Positions 48,967 through 60,066 of a stretch of DNA of 63,568 nt are shown piece after piece (the stretch's first letter is position 1; each line of letters begins with the position of its first letter). The notes under the pieces were generated by a model. The model was not told the origin of the DNA and searched no databases. It was given only the letters and a program-made list of their open reading frames with translations. The position numbers and the translations under genes were made by a program. The stretch covers positions 134,696 to 198,263 of the forward strand of contig BLSG01000084.1 in the NCBI GenBank assembly GCA_012862495.1, given 5' to 3'. This stretch comes from Thraustochytrium aureum. Taxonomy: Eukaryota.

Positions 48967-50522
48967 ATGGCAGCGTGGCTGGGCAGCGTGGCGCGTCGCG
49001 CGAATCCCGATGCCGCAGGCTCCCGCTGTGGGCGGCTCTCTGCGCGCGCTCGCGAGCGGCAGCGCGCCGCCAGCGCGGCCCGTTTCTGTGCGCGATATCG
49101 CGGCCGGGCAGGGCTCGGTGGCTTCTGGAGACAGGGTCCAGGTCCAGGTAAGTGAGAAGGGCAGCTCGCTCGCCCAGGAGCCCTGCTGACGCCCGCGCGC
49201 TCGCTTGAAACGCGCCACCGACGCTCGACCTGCTCGGCAGGGCTGGGTCAGGTCCGTACGGCGACAGAAGAGGTTTAGCTTCATGGAGGTCAGCGACGGG
49301 ACGAGCTGGTCCGGGGTCCAAGTCGTGGCCGCGACCCCAGAGCTTCCAGCGGAGGTTAGCACCGGCGCGAGCGTCTCGGTTGTGGGCACCGCCGCGCAAG
49401 GGCGCAACAACGACCTCGAGGTCAGCGCGGAGAGTGTCACGGTGGTCGGCTCGTGCGAAGGCGCGAGCTACCCGATGCAGAAAAAGTACCACTCGCCAGA
49501 GTTTTTGCGCGAAGTTGTGCACCTCCGCGCCCGGTCAAGGCGTATCGGCGGGGCGCTACGCGTACGGAGTGCCGCTGCGCAGGCCGTGCACAGCTTCTTC
49601 GACGGCCAGGGCTTTGTCAACCTGCACGCGCCCGTGCTGACGTCCATCGACTGCGAAGGTGCGGGCGAGATGTTCCATGTCCAAGACCCGCTGGAGGAGG
49701 ACACCACACGGTACCTGAGCGTTTCGGGCCAGCTGCATGCGGAGGCCTTTGCCTGCGCGCTCTCCAAAGTGTACACGTTTGGGCCAACCTTTCGGGCGGA
49801 GAACTCGAATACAGCGCGACACTTGAGCGAGTTTTATATGGTGGAGCCCGAGGTCGCCTTTTGCGACGTGAACGGCGCGATGGACCTCGCAGAGTCGTGC
49901 ATCAAGAGCGTGATGGAGCGCGTCACGAAGCGCTGCGCGGACGACCTCGCTGGCCTTCACAAGATTGCCGAGGAGGGTGAAGGCCCATCCACATTTGCGC
50001 GGGAGGACCTTCGGAGAGCCAGAGAGGAACCATTTGTTCGCATGACGTACGACGAGAGCGTCGAGATCCTGCTTGGGAGCGGGGCACAACTTTTACCATC
50101 CCGTCGAGTGGGGGCTCGCGTTGCAGACCGAACATGAGCGGTACCTCGCGGAGGTGTACTGCGAGCGAAGGCCTGTGTTTGTCACCCACTATCCGCTCGC
50201 TTGCAAGGCCTTTTACATGAAGGCCGTCATGGACCGCCCCAACGTCGTCGCCTGCTTTGACCTCCTCGTGCCGCGCGTGGGCGAGCTCGTCGGCGGGAGC
50301 GCTCGTGAGGACAACCTGGCCATCCTCGAGGCGCGATTGCGATCGCTCGGTCCAGAGCACGCTGCTGCCCTCGACTGGTACACCGACTTGCGCCGCTTTG
50401 GCGGGGTGCCGCACGCTGGATGGGGTCTGGGATTCGAGCGCCTCATTCAGTTTATGACGGGGATCGACAACATCCGCGACGTGATCCCTGTGCCTCGCGC
50501 GCCGGGAATGTTTCTGCTCTGA
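48967..50522 (+). CDS. NARS2: asparaginyl-tRNA synthetase, organellar/bacterial type
   Basis: GWVRSVR, HLRARS, DCEGAGEMF, YLSVSGQLHAE, motif 2 FGPTFRAENSNTARHLSEFYMVEPE, LQTEHERYL, motif 3 PHAGWGLGFERL. Intron 49148-49240; frameshift near 50083. Start is 48967 (needs a frameshift) or 49010. Confidence 0.92.
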
Positions 50523-51408
50523 GCGAGCCAAGCCCCGCCACGAATGGGCGAGTTCCGCTACGGCAGGAGGCGAGGACGACAGGCTCCGAAGTGTCCGNNN
50601 NNNNNNNNNNNNNNNNNNNNNNNNNNNNNNNNNNNNNNNNNNNNNNNNNNNNNNNNNNNNNNNNNNNNNNNNNNNNNNNNNNNNNNNNNNNNNNNNNNNN
50701 NNNNNNNNNNNNNNNNNNNNNNNNNNNNNNNNNNNNNNNNNNNNNNNNNNNNNNNNNNNNNNNNNNNNNNNNNNNNNNNNNNNNNNNNNNNNNNNNNNNN
50801 NNNNNNNNNNNNNNNNNNNNNNNNNNNNNNNNNNNNNNNNNNNNNNNNNNNNNNNNNNNNNNNNNNNNNNNNNNNNNNNNNNNNNNNNNNNNNNNNNNNN
50901 NNNNNNNNNNNNNNNNNNNNNNNNNNNNNNNNNNNNNNNNNNNNNNNNNNNNNNNNNNNNNNNNNNNNNNNNNNNNNNNNNNNNNNNNNNNNNNNNNNNN
51001 NNNNNNNNNNNNNNNNNNNNNNNNNNNNNNNNNNNNNNNNNNNNNNNNNNNNNNNNNNNNNNNNNNNNNNNNNNNNNNNNNNNNNNNNNNNNNNNNNNNN
51101 NNNNNNNNNNNNNNNNNNNNNNNNNNNNNNNNNNNNNNNNNNNNNNNNNNNNNNNNNNNNNNNNNNNNNNNNNNNNNNNNNNNNNNNNNNNNNNNNNNNN
51201 NNNNNNNNNNNNNNNNNNNNNNNNNNNNNNNNNNNNNNNNNNNNNNNNNNNNNNNNNNNNNNNNNNNNNNNNNNNNNNNNNNNNNNNNNNNNNNNNNNNN
51301 NNNNNNNNNNNNNNNNNNNNNNNNNNNNNNNNNNNNNNNNNNNNNNNNNNNNNNNNNNNNNNNNNNNNNNNNNNNNNNNNNNNNNNNNNNNNNNNNNNNN
51401 NNNNNNNN

Positions 51409-54400
51409 CCTTGTTGAGCAACAGGCTTCGGAGGTACCGGGGCAGCTTGCTCCACCACCTCGGGCTGGGGCTTGTTCACCTTTCGGGTACGCCGCTTCGA
51501 CTTGTTCTCAGCTTGCATCTCGAGCCAAAACTTGGCAAGATCGTCATCACCGCTCGCCGCCGGCGCAGCTGATGAGGCGCCCGAGCCCAGCGCCGCAGGC
51601 GTCGCGCTGGGCTCGGGCGCCAACGCTGCGAGGCCCTCCAACTCCTCCTCTGTGAGCTGGGGTTGCGCGGCGGCGGCAACATTTGGCGTGGTGGTCTCAG
51701 CAAGCGGCGTCTTGGACGGCACCGGAGGTACGACGAAGCGCGACGGCTCGGGCTTGGGGACCTTTGGCGCATCACTGTGGCCAGGGCGCGCCAGGGCAGC
51801 TTCTTTGCGCTGCTTGCGGTCTACGCGCGGCTTGCTGGGCTGGGCGCCAGACTGCCCTGCACTGGCCGGGGCGGGGGCCTTGGTCTTGTTAGCGGGCGCT
51901 GCCTTGGGTTTGGGCGCCGCGGCCTTCGGCTTGGGGCCGCCGCCAGGGGTGAGGGCGACGCGCTTGGTGAGGTTTAAGAGCTGCGCCCACGGGAGCAACT
52001 TTCCGCGGTTGTTTCCGCACGCGCCGTAGAGGCTGGTGCCGCCAATAAACTCCTCGTCAAAGACCACCTCGACGCACCCGGTTGAGGCGTGAGTGGCGAC
52101 GACTGTACCGCTGAGGCCAAACGGAACTACCGGACTGCCCATGTTGGCGACGCGATCACCCAGACGCGGGGGCGAACTGGCCGTGGGCGACTTGAGCCAA
52201 TCATTCTCAACGTCGGAGCCGTACCTGTAGAGCACGTCCGGGCTGAGGCTGACAACGACGGTCGAGTTCTTTTGCGTCTGTAGCACGGAACGGCGCACCT
52301 CGTCCGAGGCGCGCTGGACCGCGATGATGGCGTCGCGCGACATGGACTTTGACGTGACGGGAACGAGTGGCAGGCGGAAGGTGTCGATCTGCTCAAGCCA
52401 CGTGCAGACCTGGTCGAGGAGTTCGCGCCCCTGAGGGCCTTTGCCGAAGATCTCGTCCACGCTGTACTCTACAGCGCGCGGCTTGGCCTGGATAGCATTA
52501 AACACCTGCGGAAACTTTCGGCGGTAGGCGTCCACGAGCTTGAGGGCGCGCGGGGTGTACTCCCAGCCGCCAGGCGCGCCGGATAGGTTGTCGCCGGCCT
52601 CTTGGCGCTCACGGGGTCGAGGCCGCTGATCACGGTGACCGTCTCGCCCGAGGACCAGGCCGGCTTATTGGCCTCGTTGGAGCGCGAGCGCACGTAGCCA
52701 GCGATAACATAGTTGCGGCCCACTTTGAGGTTGAGCCCCAAGTCAAAGTGGCCCGGGCGCACGAGTACCGAGCCTGCCACCTTGCCAAGCGTGTTGGCAT
52801 CGAGCTGAAAGTGGCGCGCCGCCTTTTGCGCGCTGATGTATTCGTCCACGATTGAGTTGGCGATGTTGTGGCCAAAGGGCGGAATCTGCGGGCTCATCTC
52901 CTTGAACTCTGCCTTGACACAGCCCTTCTCGTGGCCCACGACTGAGCCGACGAGGCCGTAGCCGACCTTCTGGAGGCACATCACCTTCGAGTGGAGTGGA
53001 AAGCGCTCCTCGGCCTGCTTTGGCAGGCGGGGTTCGAAACGCGGGTCGGGCGCCGGGTTGTGAAGCAGACGAGCTGGTAGGGGACCCAGGTCTCGCTGTC
53101 AGCAAAGACCTGCCTGGCCGCCCCGGAAGCGATGTCGACGTCCATGGCGATCAGCGGGCGCACCTTGAGCATCACAGTCACTTCCGATATGCGCACCCCC
53201 CGGTGCCCACGGCGCGCACCCCGTGAAGCGCGCGGTATTCGGCGGCCTCGGCATCCGCAAAAAAAGACTGCGTGTCCACCTCGGTCTGCACGGCGCGCAA
53301 AAAGGCAAACTGGCGATCCTTTTGCTCGACGAGGGTGAACACGTACGAGTCGTCGGCGACTGCGATCACTTCGGCCTCGCGAAGGTTGGGGAAGTTGACG
53401 AAGACGGTGAGGCGCTCCTTGCGCCTAGCCTGGAGCACGCCAAGCGCGGCGGCCACCGGTGCAGCAAGGCTTTCCTCATTCTCGGGCTGCTGCGTCGCAT
53501 CCGCCGCGGCAGCGACCACGTCCCCTCCGAGAACGTCGAGCACGGGCTCTGCCACGTTGAGGACCAAGCTTTCCCGCTGGGACGGTCGGTTGAACACGGA
53601 AATCTCCGCCTTCTCGAGCACAGCGGGGCGGCCAGCTTGCAGAGAAAGCGCGCGGAGAAGCTGCGGGTCGCCTGGCCAAACGCCGTCCGCGACGGTCCCC
53701 GCGAGCAGGTTGGGGATAAAGCGGTCGATCGGCGGGAGCATAAAGCGGCGCGCCGAGGTCTGGCAGAGCTCGATGTCGACGAGTCCGGCTGCGGGAAACG
53801 TGGACGGCAGCGTCTGCGTGTTGGAGGTGTCAAGCTCAAAGATGAGCTCGTGCCCGAACTCGTTCCGGGCCCGTTCCGCCTCGGAGAGCTTCGAGTCGGG
53901 GCAGTGTTTCTCGACCGCGTCCAGGAGGCGGCGCTCGTCAATAAACGGCAGGAGGTTGACCCCCTCCCACGGGTTGCGCTTGCCATTCATGTCGACCTTG
54001 AACTCGCGCGGGTAAAACTCTGCCAGCGGCGATGTCGTCAGCGTCATGAGCTCGCGGTAGCACTCGGGGAGGAAGCGCGCCGAGTCGCTGGGCAAGCAGC
54101 TGAGTAGCTGCATGAAGGGCCGGAAGGGCTTGCCCGGCTTGAGCACGACCTGGAAGCGGCCCAGGTTCCTCAGGTCGGATGCCAAGGGGGCGTAGTGAAA
54201 CGGAAAGAACCAGGTCCAGCTCTGCACGCCCTGGTAGTAGTACAGGTAGCACCACTGGATACCCTCGATGTAGCTAAGCACGAGGCGGTCGATCACCTCG
54301 CGCTCTTCGAGCGCCACGCCAAACTTTTCGCCATAGTACTTTTCCTTGAAGGTGCTTTGGCTGTTGACGATGCCGCGCTCGCGAGCCTCGGCGGCGAACG

Positions 54401-55608
54401 GGGCTTCGCCAGCCTCCGCGGTCACCTTGGCCAGCTCGGTGGTCTCGTCCACCTCGGTGCTCTTCGGGGCGAAGCGCTGCTTGCGTTTGCTAAACTTTCT
54501 CGCCTCTGCGATGCGGTTCTGAAACACCTCGGTCTCCTTGTCGGCGATGGTGCGCAGCATGACCTCGAGCCTCTCAAAGTGCACCCGGCCGTCCTGCGTG
54601 ATATAGCCCGGCAGACGCGGGAGGTTGGCGCGGTACTGGGCCATGAGGTCATCAAGTCCGCCCTCTGCGATGCTCAGCGAGGGAAGGTGGGGCAGGAAGT
54701 CGTTTCCGACAAGCATGATGAGCAGCACCCAGTCGTCGATGATGCGCTCGAGGTTGAACTCGAACGGGAGCTGGTCTGTGCGAAACTCAAGCTCCAGGTA
54801 CTGGCGCAAAGCACTGAGGTGCAAGAGCTCCCACTTGTCCTGCTCCACCTGCTTTTTCACCTCCTTGGTGGTCGTGGAACCGCCTTTCTTGCCACCGCGC
54901 CCACCGGTAAAGTCGACCTCCTCGCGCAGCAAGGAAAAGTGGGGCTCGTGGGTGGCGAGGCCGAGCATGATCAAGTCGGCGTCGAGGCCGCACAGGCAGT
55001 GCCGCGTGTTCGGGTCGTAGCCGGGCTGCATTCGCGTGTGGCGAATGTAGTCGATGATCTTGTGCTCCCCCTCTCCTGGGACGTCGTGGCCCGAGTAGAT
55101 CACCTTGAGGTTGCGCCACAGCGGGTCCTCCTTGATCTTGAGCCGACAAAGTCTGAAAGTGCCTGCTAACCTGTGCCATGAATTCGGTTCCCGGGGTGAT
55201 GCAGTTCGAGTCGAACTGCTCTCGGGCCTCCTCCTCGGTCATTTTCTTTTCGCGGATCGCGACTTCAAGCCCTTCCCGGCGGTCGCGCGCGCTCGCGAAC
55301 CGGCGCGAGCGCTGCTGGTTCATCTTGGCGCGCGGCGCGCACCCGTCCACGGCGAGGACGAGCACCTTTTGCGGCTTGACGATGTGGACCATGCGGTCCA
55401 CGTATGAAAACATGCCCAGCACCATGTCCTTCATCGATATCTGGTCGGTCACGTCCTCGTCGTTCGGATGCGTGCATGTGTGGATGATCCCGTTCATATC
55501 CAGGTACATGTTGTCAAACTTTGGCAGGAACTGTGTATCCTTGCCGATCTTCTGGTTGATCAGCGGGTACCGCTCCGAGAGCCATCTGTAAAACTTGGGC
55601 ACGCCCAT
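51409..55608 (-). CDS. XRN1: 5'-3' exoribonuclease 1 (3' end in gap)
   Basis: MGVPKFYRWLSERYP, DNMYLDMNGIIH, VDGCAPRAKMNQQRSRRF, FDSNCITPGTEFM, VPGEGEHKI, GLDADL, GNDFLPHLP. XRN1-specific C-terminal domains (DLGLNLK, LGDRV..VPFGLSGTVV). Frameshifts near 55150, 53197, 53068 and 52615. Confidence 0.95.
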
Positions 55609-55744
55609 CCTGCTTGCCTCCGTCCCAACCGGCGCCTCCGCCTCACTCCTTCGCCTGCGCGCGGCAACGCCCTCTCTGCTACTGGCGGGGCCGCCTGTCG
55701 ATCGCCGCCGCGCACGCTCTCCCTCCTCTCTCCCGCGCGCTCTC

Positions 55745-55778
55745 CCTGCCTGCCTGCCCGCCTGCCTGCCTGCCTGCC
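55745..55778 (-). repeat. (GGCA)n tetranucleotide microsatellite
   Basis: Plus-strand CCTG repeats about 140-170 nt upstream of the XRN1 ATG. Confidence 0.8.
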
Positions 55779-56626
55779 TCTCTGCTCTGCGCGCTCGCGG
55801 GCGTTGGGTGTCTGCTGCTGCTCCCGCCGTTGGTCGATCCCCACATACGCCCAAGCACGTGAATTCCTTTTGTTCTACGAAATGAGGAGTGCGATCAGGC
55901 GTTCTGCGATCGTTCCCTGCGGGGGAACCAGAGGTTTTGCCGGCTCCTTCATTTACCCGGCGAGGCTGGGTAGGGGTTTTGGAGAGGCAAAATTGAGTTT
56001 GTGATCGAGGCCAGCGGTGGATGGGGCACGCAGGCTTCAGTTGGTTATATCTCCGGGTGCNNNNNNNNNNNNNNNNNNNNNNNNNNNNNNNNNNNNNNNN
56101 NNNNNNNNNNNNNNNNNNNNNNNNNNNNNNNNNNNNNNNNNNNNNNNNNNNNNNNNNNNNNNNNNNNNNNNNNNNNNNNNNNNNNNNNNNNNNNNNNNNN
56201 NNNNNNNNNNNNNNNNNNNNNNNNNNNNNNNNNNNNNNNNNNNNNNNNNNNNNNNNNNNNNNNNNNNNNNNNNNNNNNNNNNNNNNNNNNNNNNNNNNNN
56301 NNNNNNNNNNNNNNNNNNNNNNNNNNNNNNNNNNNNNNNNNNNNNNNNNNNNNNNNNNNNNNNNNNNNNNNNNNNNNNNNNNNNNNNNNNNNNNNNNNNN
56401 NNNNNNNNNNNNNNNNNNNNNNNNNNNNNNNNNNNNNNNNNNNNNNNNNNNNNNNNNNNNNNNNNNNNNNNNNNNNNNNNNNNNNNNNNNNNNNNNNNNN
56501 NNNNNNNNNNNNNNNNNNNNNNNNNNNNNNNNNNNNNNNNNNNNNNNNNNNNNNNNNNNNNNNNNNNNNNNNNNNNNNNNNNNNNNNNNNNNNNNNNNNN
56601 NNNNNNNNNNNNNNNNNNNNNNNNNA

Positions 56627-58744
56627 TAACTGTACGTGGACGAGCAGCTGCCTCTCGACGCGATCGGGTGACCGAAGAAGTCGCGCTCCGTAACGATCCG
56701 CACGAATCTATAGGGCGACACCACTCTCCAAACCAGCGCAATGGAGAGGTCTACGGCAAGGATCGAAAACACTGTGCCGAAGAGCTGCTTGCTGGAGATG
56801 TATGCACGGCGGTCCATCCCGTGAGAGTTCATGGCGCGAAGTATTCGGAGCAGTTTGCCGAACAGCGGAGCGAAAGTGAGGCAGAACGAAGTCGTGTAGA
56901 ACCAAACGGAGAGCTGGCAGCCCATATTCGCGTACGAGTCGCTGCCATCGAGGATAACGCCGTTGTCTGCACCAAGGTCGTACGCAGAGTCGCTCAAGTG
57001 GCTGTCGTCCATCGTAAAGGCGAGCAGAACGAATGAGGAGAGGAAAACGCCGAGGTTGACCAAAAACAGCGGCGCACGCTGCGACAGGCGGAGGACAACG
57101 TTCGCACGATACTTGCAGCTAAATACAAATGACACGAGCGCCAGAACCAAGTTGACCACAAACAAAAACATTGCCAAGCCCTTCATTGCATCGCTGGGCA
57201 GGCCGCGATCGTGCTTTGGAACGAGCAGGTCCTCAACAGGAACTGTCGATTCCCCGCAGTAGATTGGGTCCCTCGAAAATTCCCATTCTCCGCTTTTCGC
57301 GTTGAACTCGGCCAAGTCGAGCGTGGTGGTGGTCATGTCCTTGTTGAAGAGGAGGTTTTTGATGACGAAGGTCGAGCTGGCCAACTCGCGGTCTCCATCG
57401 GCATCCAGCCGAACAGGGCCAGTGAGCCCTTCGAAGAAGAGGTCTTCTCGAATGTTCCACGCCCGCGTGCCCCAGTCCTGGGGCAATTCCCCGGTCGGCG
57501 CGACCTGGCACGCCATAATTGCTGCCGTCGCTACAGCGTCGTAGGCAAACGTCCCCACGTCCCTGACCTCGAGGATGTCGGGGCTGGTGGCGGCGAAAAA
57601 GTCTTGGGGAACCTGCCAGTTGGTCGGGAAAAAGCTGTTGAGCCATTCGGCGCTTTCACGTGGCCATGCAGCGCGAAAGGCGTTCCAGCGGGCGCTTTTC
57701 TGGCTGCCCCCTGTCGCAACGATACGAAACATGCCGCTCGCGGCTTGGCGTGCGCCCCCCGTGAGCTGGTCAAAGTCGGAGGAGGTGATGGCATCGGTGA
57801 TCGTCCAGCTCGTCCCTGGCCCCACGATTCCGACGCTATGGGCAGCCTCCATGACGTTTGCGAGGGCGCCGTTGAGTGTGACTAGGAGGAAGACGTTGAC
57901 CTTTGTCTTGGCGATGTTTTCCATTTGCGCGTCGAGATCGGCCCGCGCTTCGCTCGGGCGCGGGCTGAACGGGTAGGCAAGGACTTGCTCGAGCCCCAAC
58001 GCCTGGCAGTGCAGTTGCACGGAGGTCTTGTAGCTTTCGCCGTAGTCGTCGTTCATGTAGACGACAGCGGCAAAGCGGTAGCCCATCGACGCCCAGTAGT
58101 TGCACACTGCAGCAGCGACGCCGTCGTCGGCGGGGATGGTCCGCATGAATCGCGGGTACTTTGCGCGCAACGCGGAGGTTAGCGGCCGGGTTTCTGCGAC
58201 CATGGCAACGGAGCAACAAGTCAACCTACCTCGTCCGTGTTCTTCAGCGACGTCCCCGTCGCCCAGTAGCCGATCTGCGGGATGTCGAAGACGCTCGTGA
58301 TGAGGGTCGTGGGGATCGTCGTCGCTGTGCTGGCCGGCCCAAGAAGGGCGTGCGGCTGCGTGCTGCTGCCGACGAGCTTCAAGACTCGGCGGATGGAGGC
58401 TTGCTGCGAGTTGCCCGAGTCGAAGAAACGCGCGGTGATTTGCTTGTCGCACCCGGCGAGGTCGGCAAACTTGGTCACATAGGACCCGTTGCGCTCGTTA
58501 AAGTGCTTGACGGCGAGGGCCGCGCTCGCGGCAAGTGCCTGCTCTTGGCCGCCTATGGAAATGCATCCGCTGAGCTCTGTTCCATTGGCTGGGTTGTCCC
58601 AGCGTTTTGACGTTGCAGTGCATGCGCCCGGAGTTGTCTTGCGCTGGTCTGACATTGGGACAAAAAGTCGACCTTGAGCTGCGTTCCGTCCGCAGGCGCA
58701 AGCGCCATTAGGCAAACAAGGCTCGCAAGCACTCTGTTCGCCAT
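56627..58744 (-). CDS. class C (GABA-B-like) G-protein-coupled receptor (3' part in gap)
   Basis: Signal peptide MANRVLASLVCLMALAPADG. Venus-flytrap motifs ALAVKHFN, LLGPAST, IPQIGYWATGTSL..YPRFMRTIPAD, FAYDAV, FEGLTGPVRLDADGDR. 7tm_3-like helices (LRLSQ, CQLSVWF..LFGKLLRI, LVWRVVSP). In-frame intron 58159-58229; frameshift at the A5 run near 58663. Confidence 0.88.
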
Positions 58745-60010
58745 TGTGGCGTGTGCGCCTGGTGATGGTTTGCGCTTGGCGGGCCGCCGCCGAGAGGCCA
58801 ACCGCGCGCAGCGGGATTGCTCTGGGCTCGGCGGCGTCCCGCGTGCGACGCCCTGCTCTGGCGTCATCGTCGGTTTGGCACGACCCTGCTCGTTTCCCAA
58901 CTGAGCGCGACTGCAGCTCAGCAGCTCGGCAGCTTTTGTATCGAGGACAATTGCCCCTTGAGGTCAACGGATAGGCCACCCGAGTGCGAGGGGGCGAGAG
59001 GCAACAAAGAGCAAAGCAAGAGCTGTAGGATACCTAGAGTACGAATGCAGGGCTGTCCAAGCCCATCGAGAACGCGGCAGACACAGCTCTCTGCCTGCGT
59101 AGGCCACAGGACATCGGCCCCGCACGCGCCAAAAAGCCTTCCCCGCCTGCCCGCTTTGAGAAACGGCTATGCATGTAGGGTCTGAGCTGATGAGCGNNNN
59201 NNNNNNNNNNNNNNNNNNNNNNNNNNNNNNNNNNNNNNNNNNNNNNNNNNNNNNNNNNNNNNNNNNNNNNNNNNNNNNNNNNNNNNNNNNNNNNNNNNNN
59301 NNNNNNNNNNNNNNNNNNNNNNNNNNNNNNNNNNNNNNNNNNNNNNNNNNNNNNNNNNNNNNNNNNNNNNNNNNNNNNNNNNNNNNNNNNNNNNNNNNNN
59401 NNNNNNNNNNNNNNNNNNNNNNNNNNNNNNNNNNNNNNNNNNNNNNNNNNNNNNNNNNNNNNNNNNNNNNNNNNNNNNNNNNNNNNNNNNNNNNNNNNNN
59501 NNNNNNNNNNNNNNNNNNNNNNNNNNNNNNNNNNNNNNNNNNNNNNNNNNNNNNNNNNNNNNNNNNNNNNNNNNNNNNNNNNNNNNNNNNNNNNNNNNNN
59601 NNNNNNNNNNNNNNNNNNNNNNNNNNNNNNNNNNNNNNNNNNNNNNNNNNNNNNNNNNNNNNNNNNNNNNNNNNNNNNNNNNNNNNNNNNNNNNNNNNNN
59701 NNNNNNNNNNNNNNNNNNNNNNNNNNNNNNNNNNNNNNNNNNNNNNNNNNNNNNNNNNNNNNNNNNNGCGCCGCGTTCAATGCCAGCGCTCGAGCCCATC
59801 TTGTCGCCTGCCGAGGAGTTGAGCCCACTCGAGGACGCCTTCGGCGCCGCGTTCAAGCCCATCTTGGCTTGTTGCCTGCCCCCTGCGCGCCATCTTGCGC
59901 GCCGATCTCGCTCGCCCGCTCGCGTGGCGTTCGTGCAGACCCCGAACGAGGAGGAGCATCGGGGAGCGGCATTGCCTGGCGGGTTGGCATCGGCGCGCTC
60001 TCGCGAAGGA

Positions 60011-60054
60011 GGCGGGCAGGCAGGCGGGCAGGCGGGCGGGCGGGCGGGCGGGCG
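60011..60054 (+). repeat. (GGCR)n tetranucleotide microsatellite
   Basis: GCGGGCAGGCAGGCGGGCAGGCGGGCGGGCGGGCGGGCGGGCG just upstream of the ATG at 60067. Confidence 0.8.
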
Positions 60055-60066
60055 AGGAGACCGGGG

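Noticed and set aside
49923..50597. XRN1 C-terminus overlapping AsnRS antisense
   Set aside because: The frame after the gap is arbitrary, and the region is the AsnRS coding strand's complement.
54787..58452. Apparent 1221-aa GPCR-XRN1 fusion ORF
   Set aside because: An artefact of reading through N-gap 56061-56626. XRN1 has its own conserved MGVPKF start and an upstream leader.
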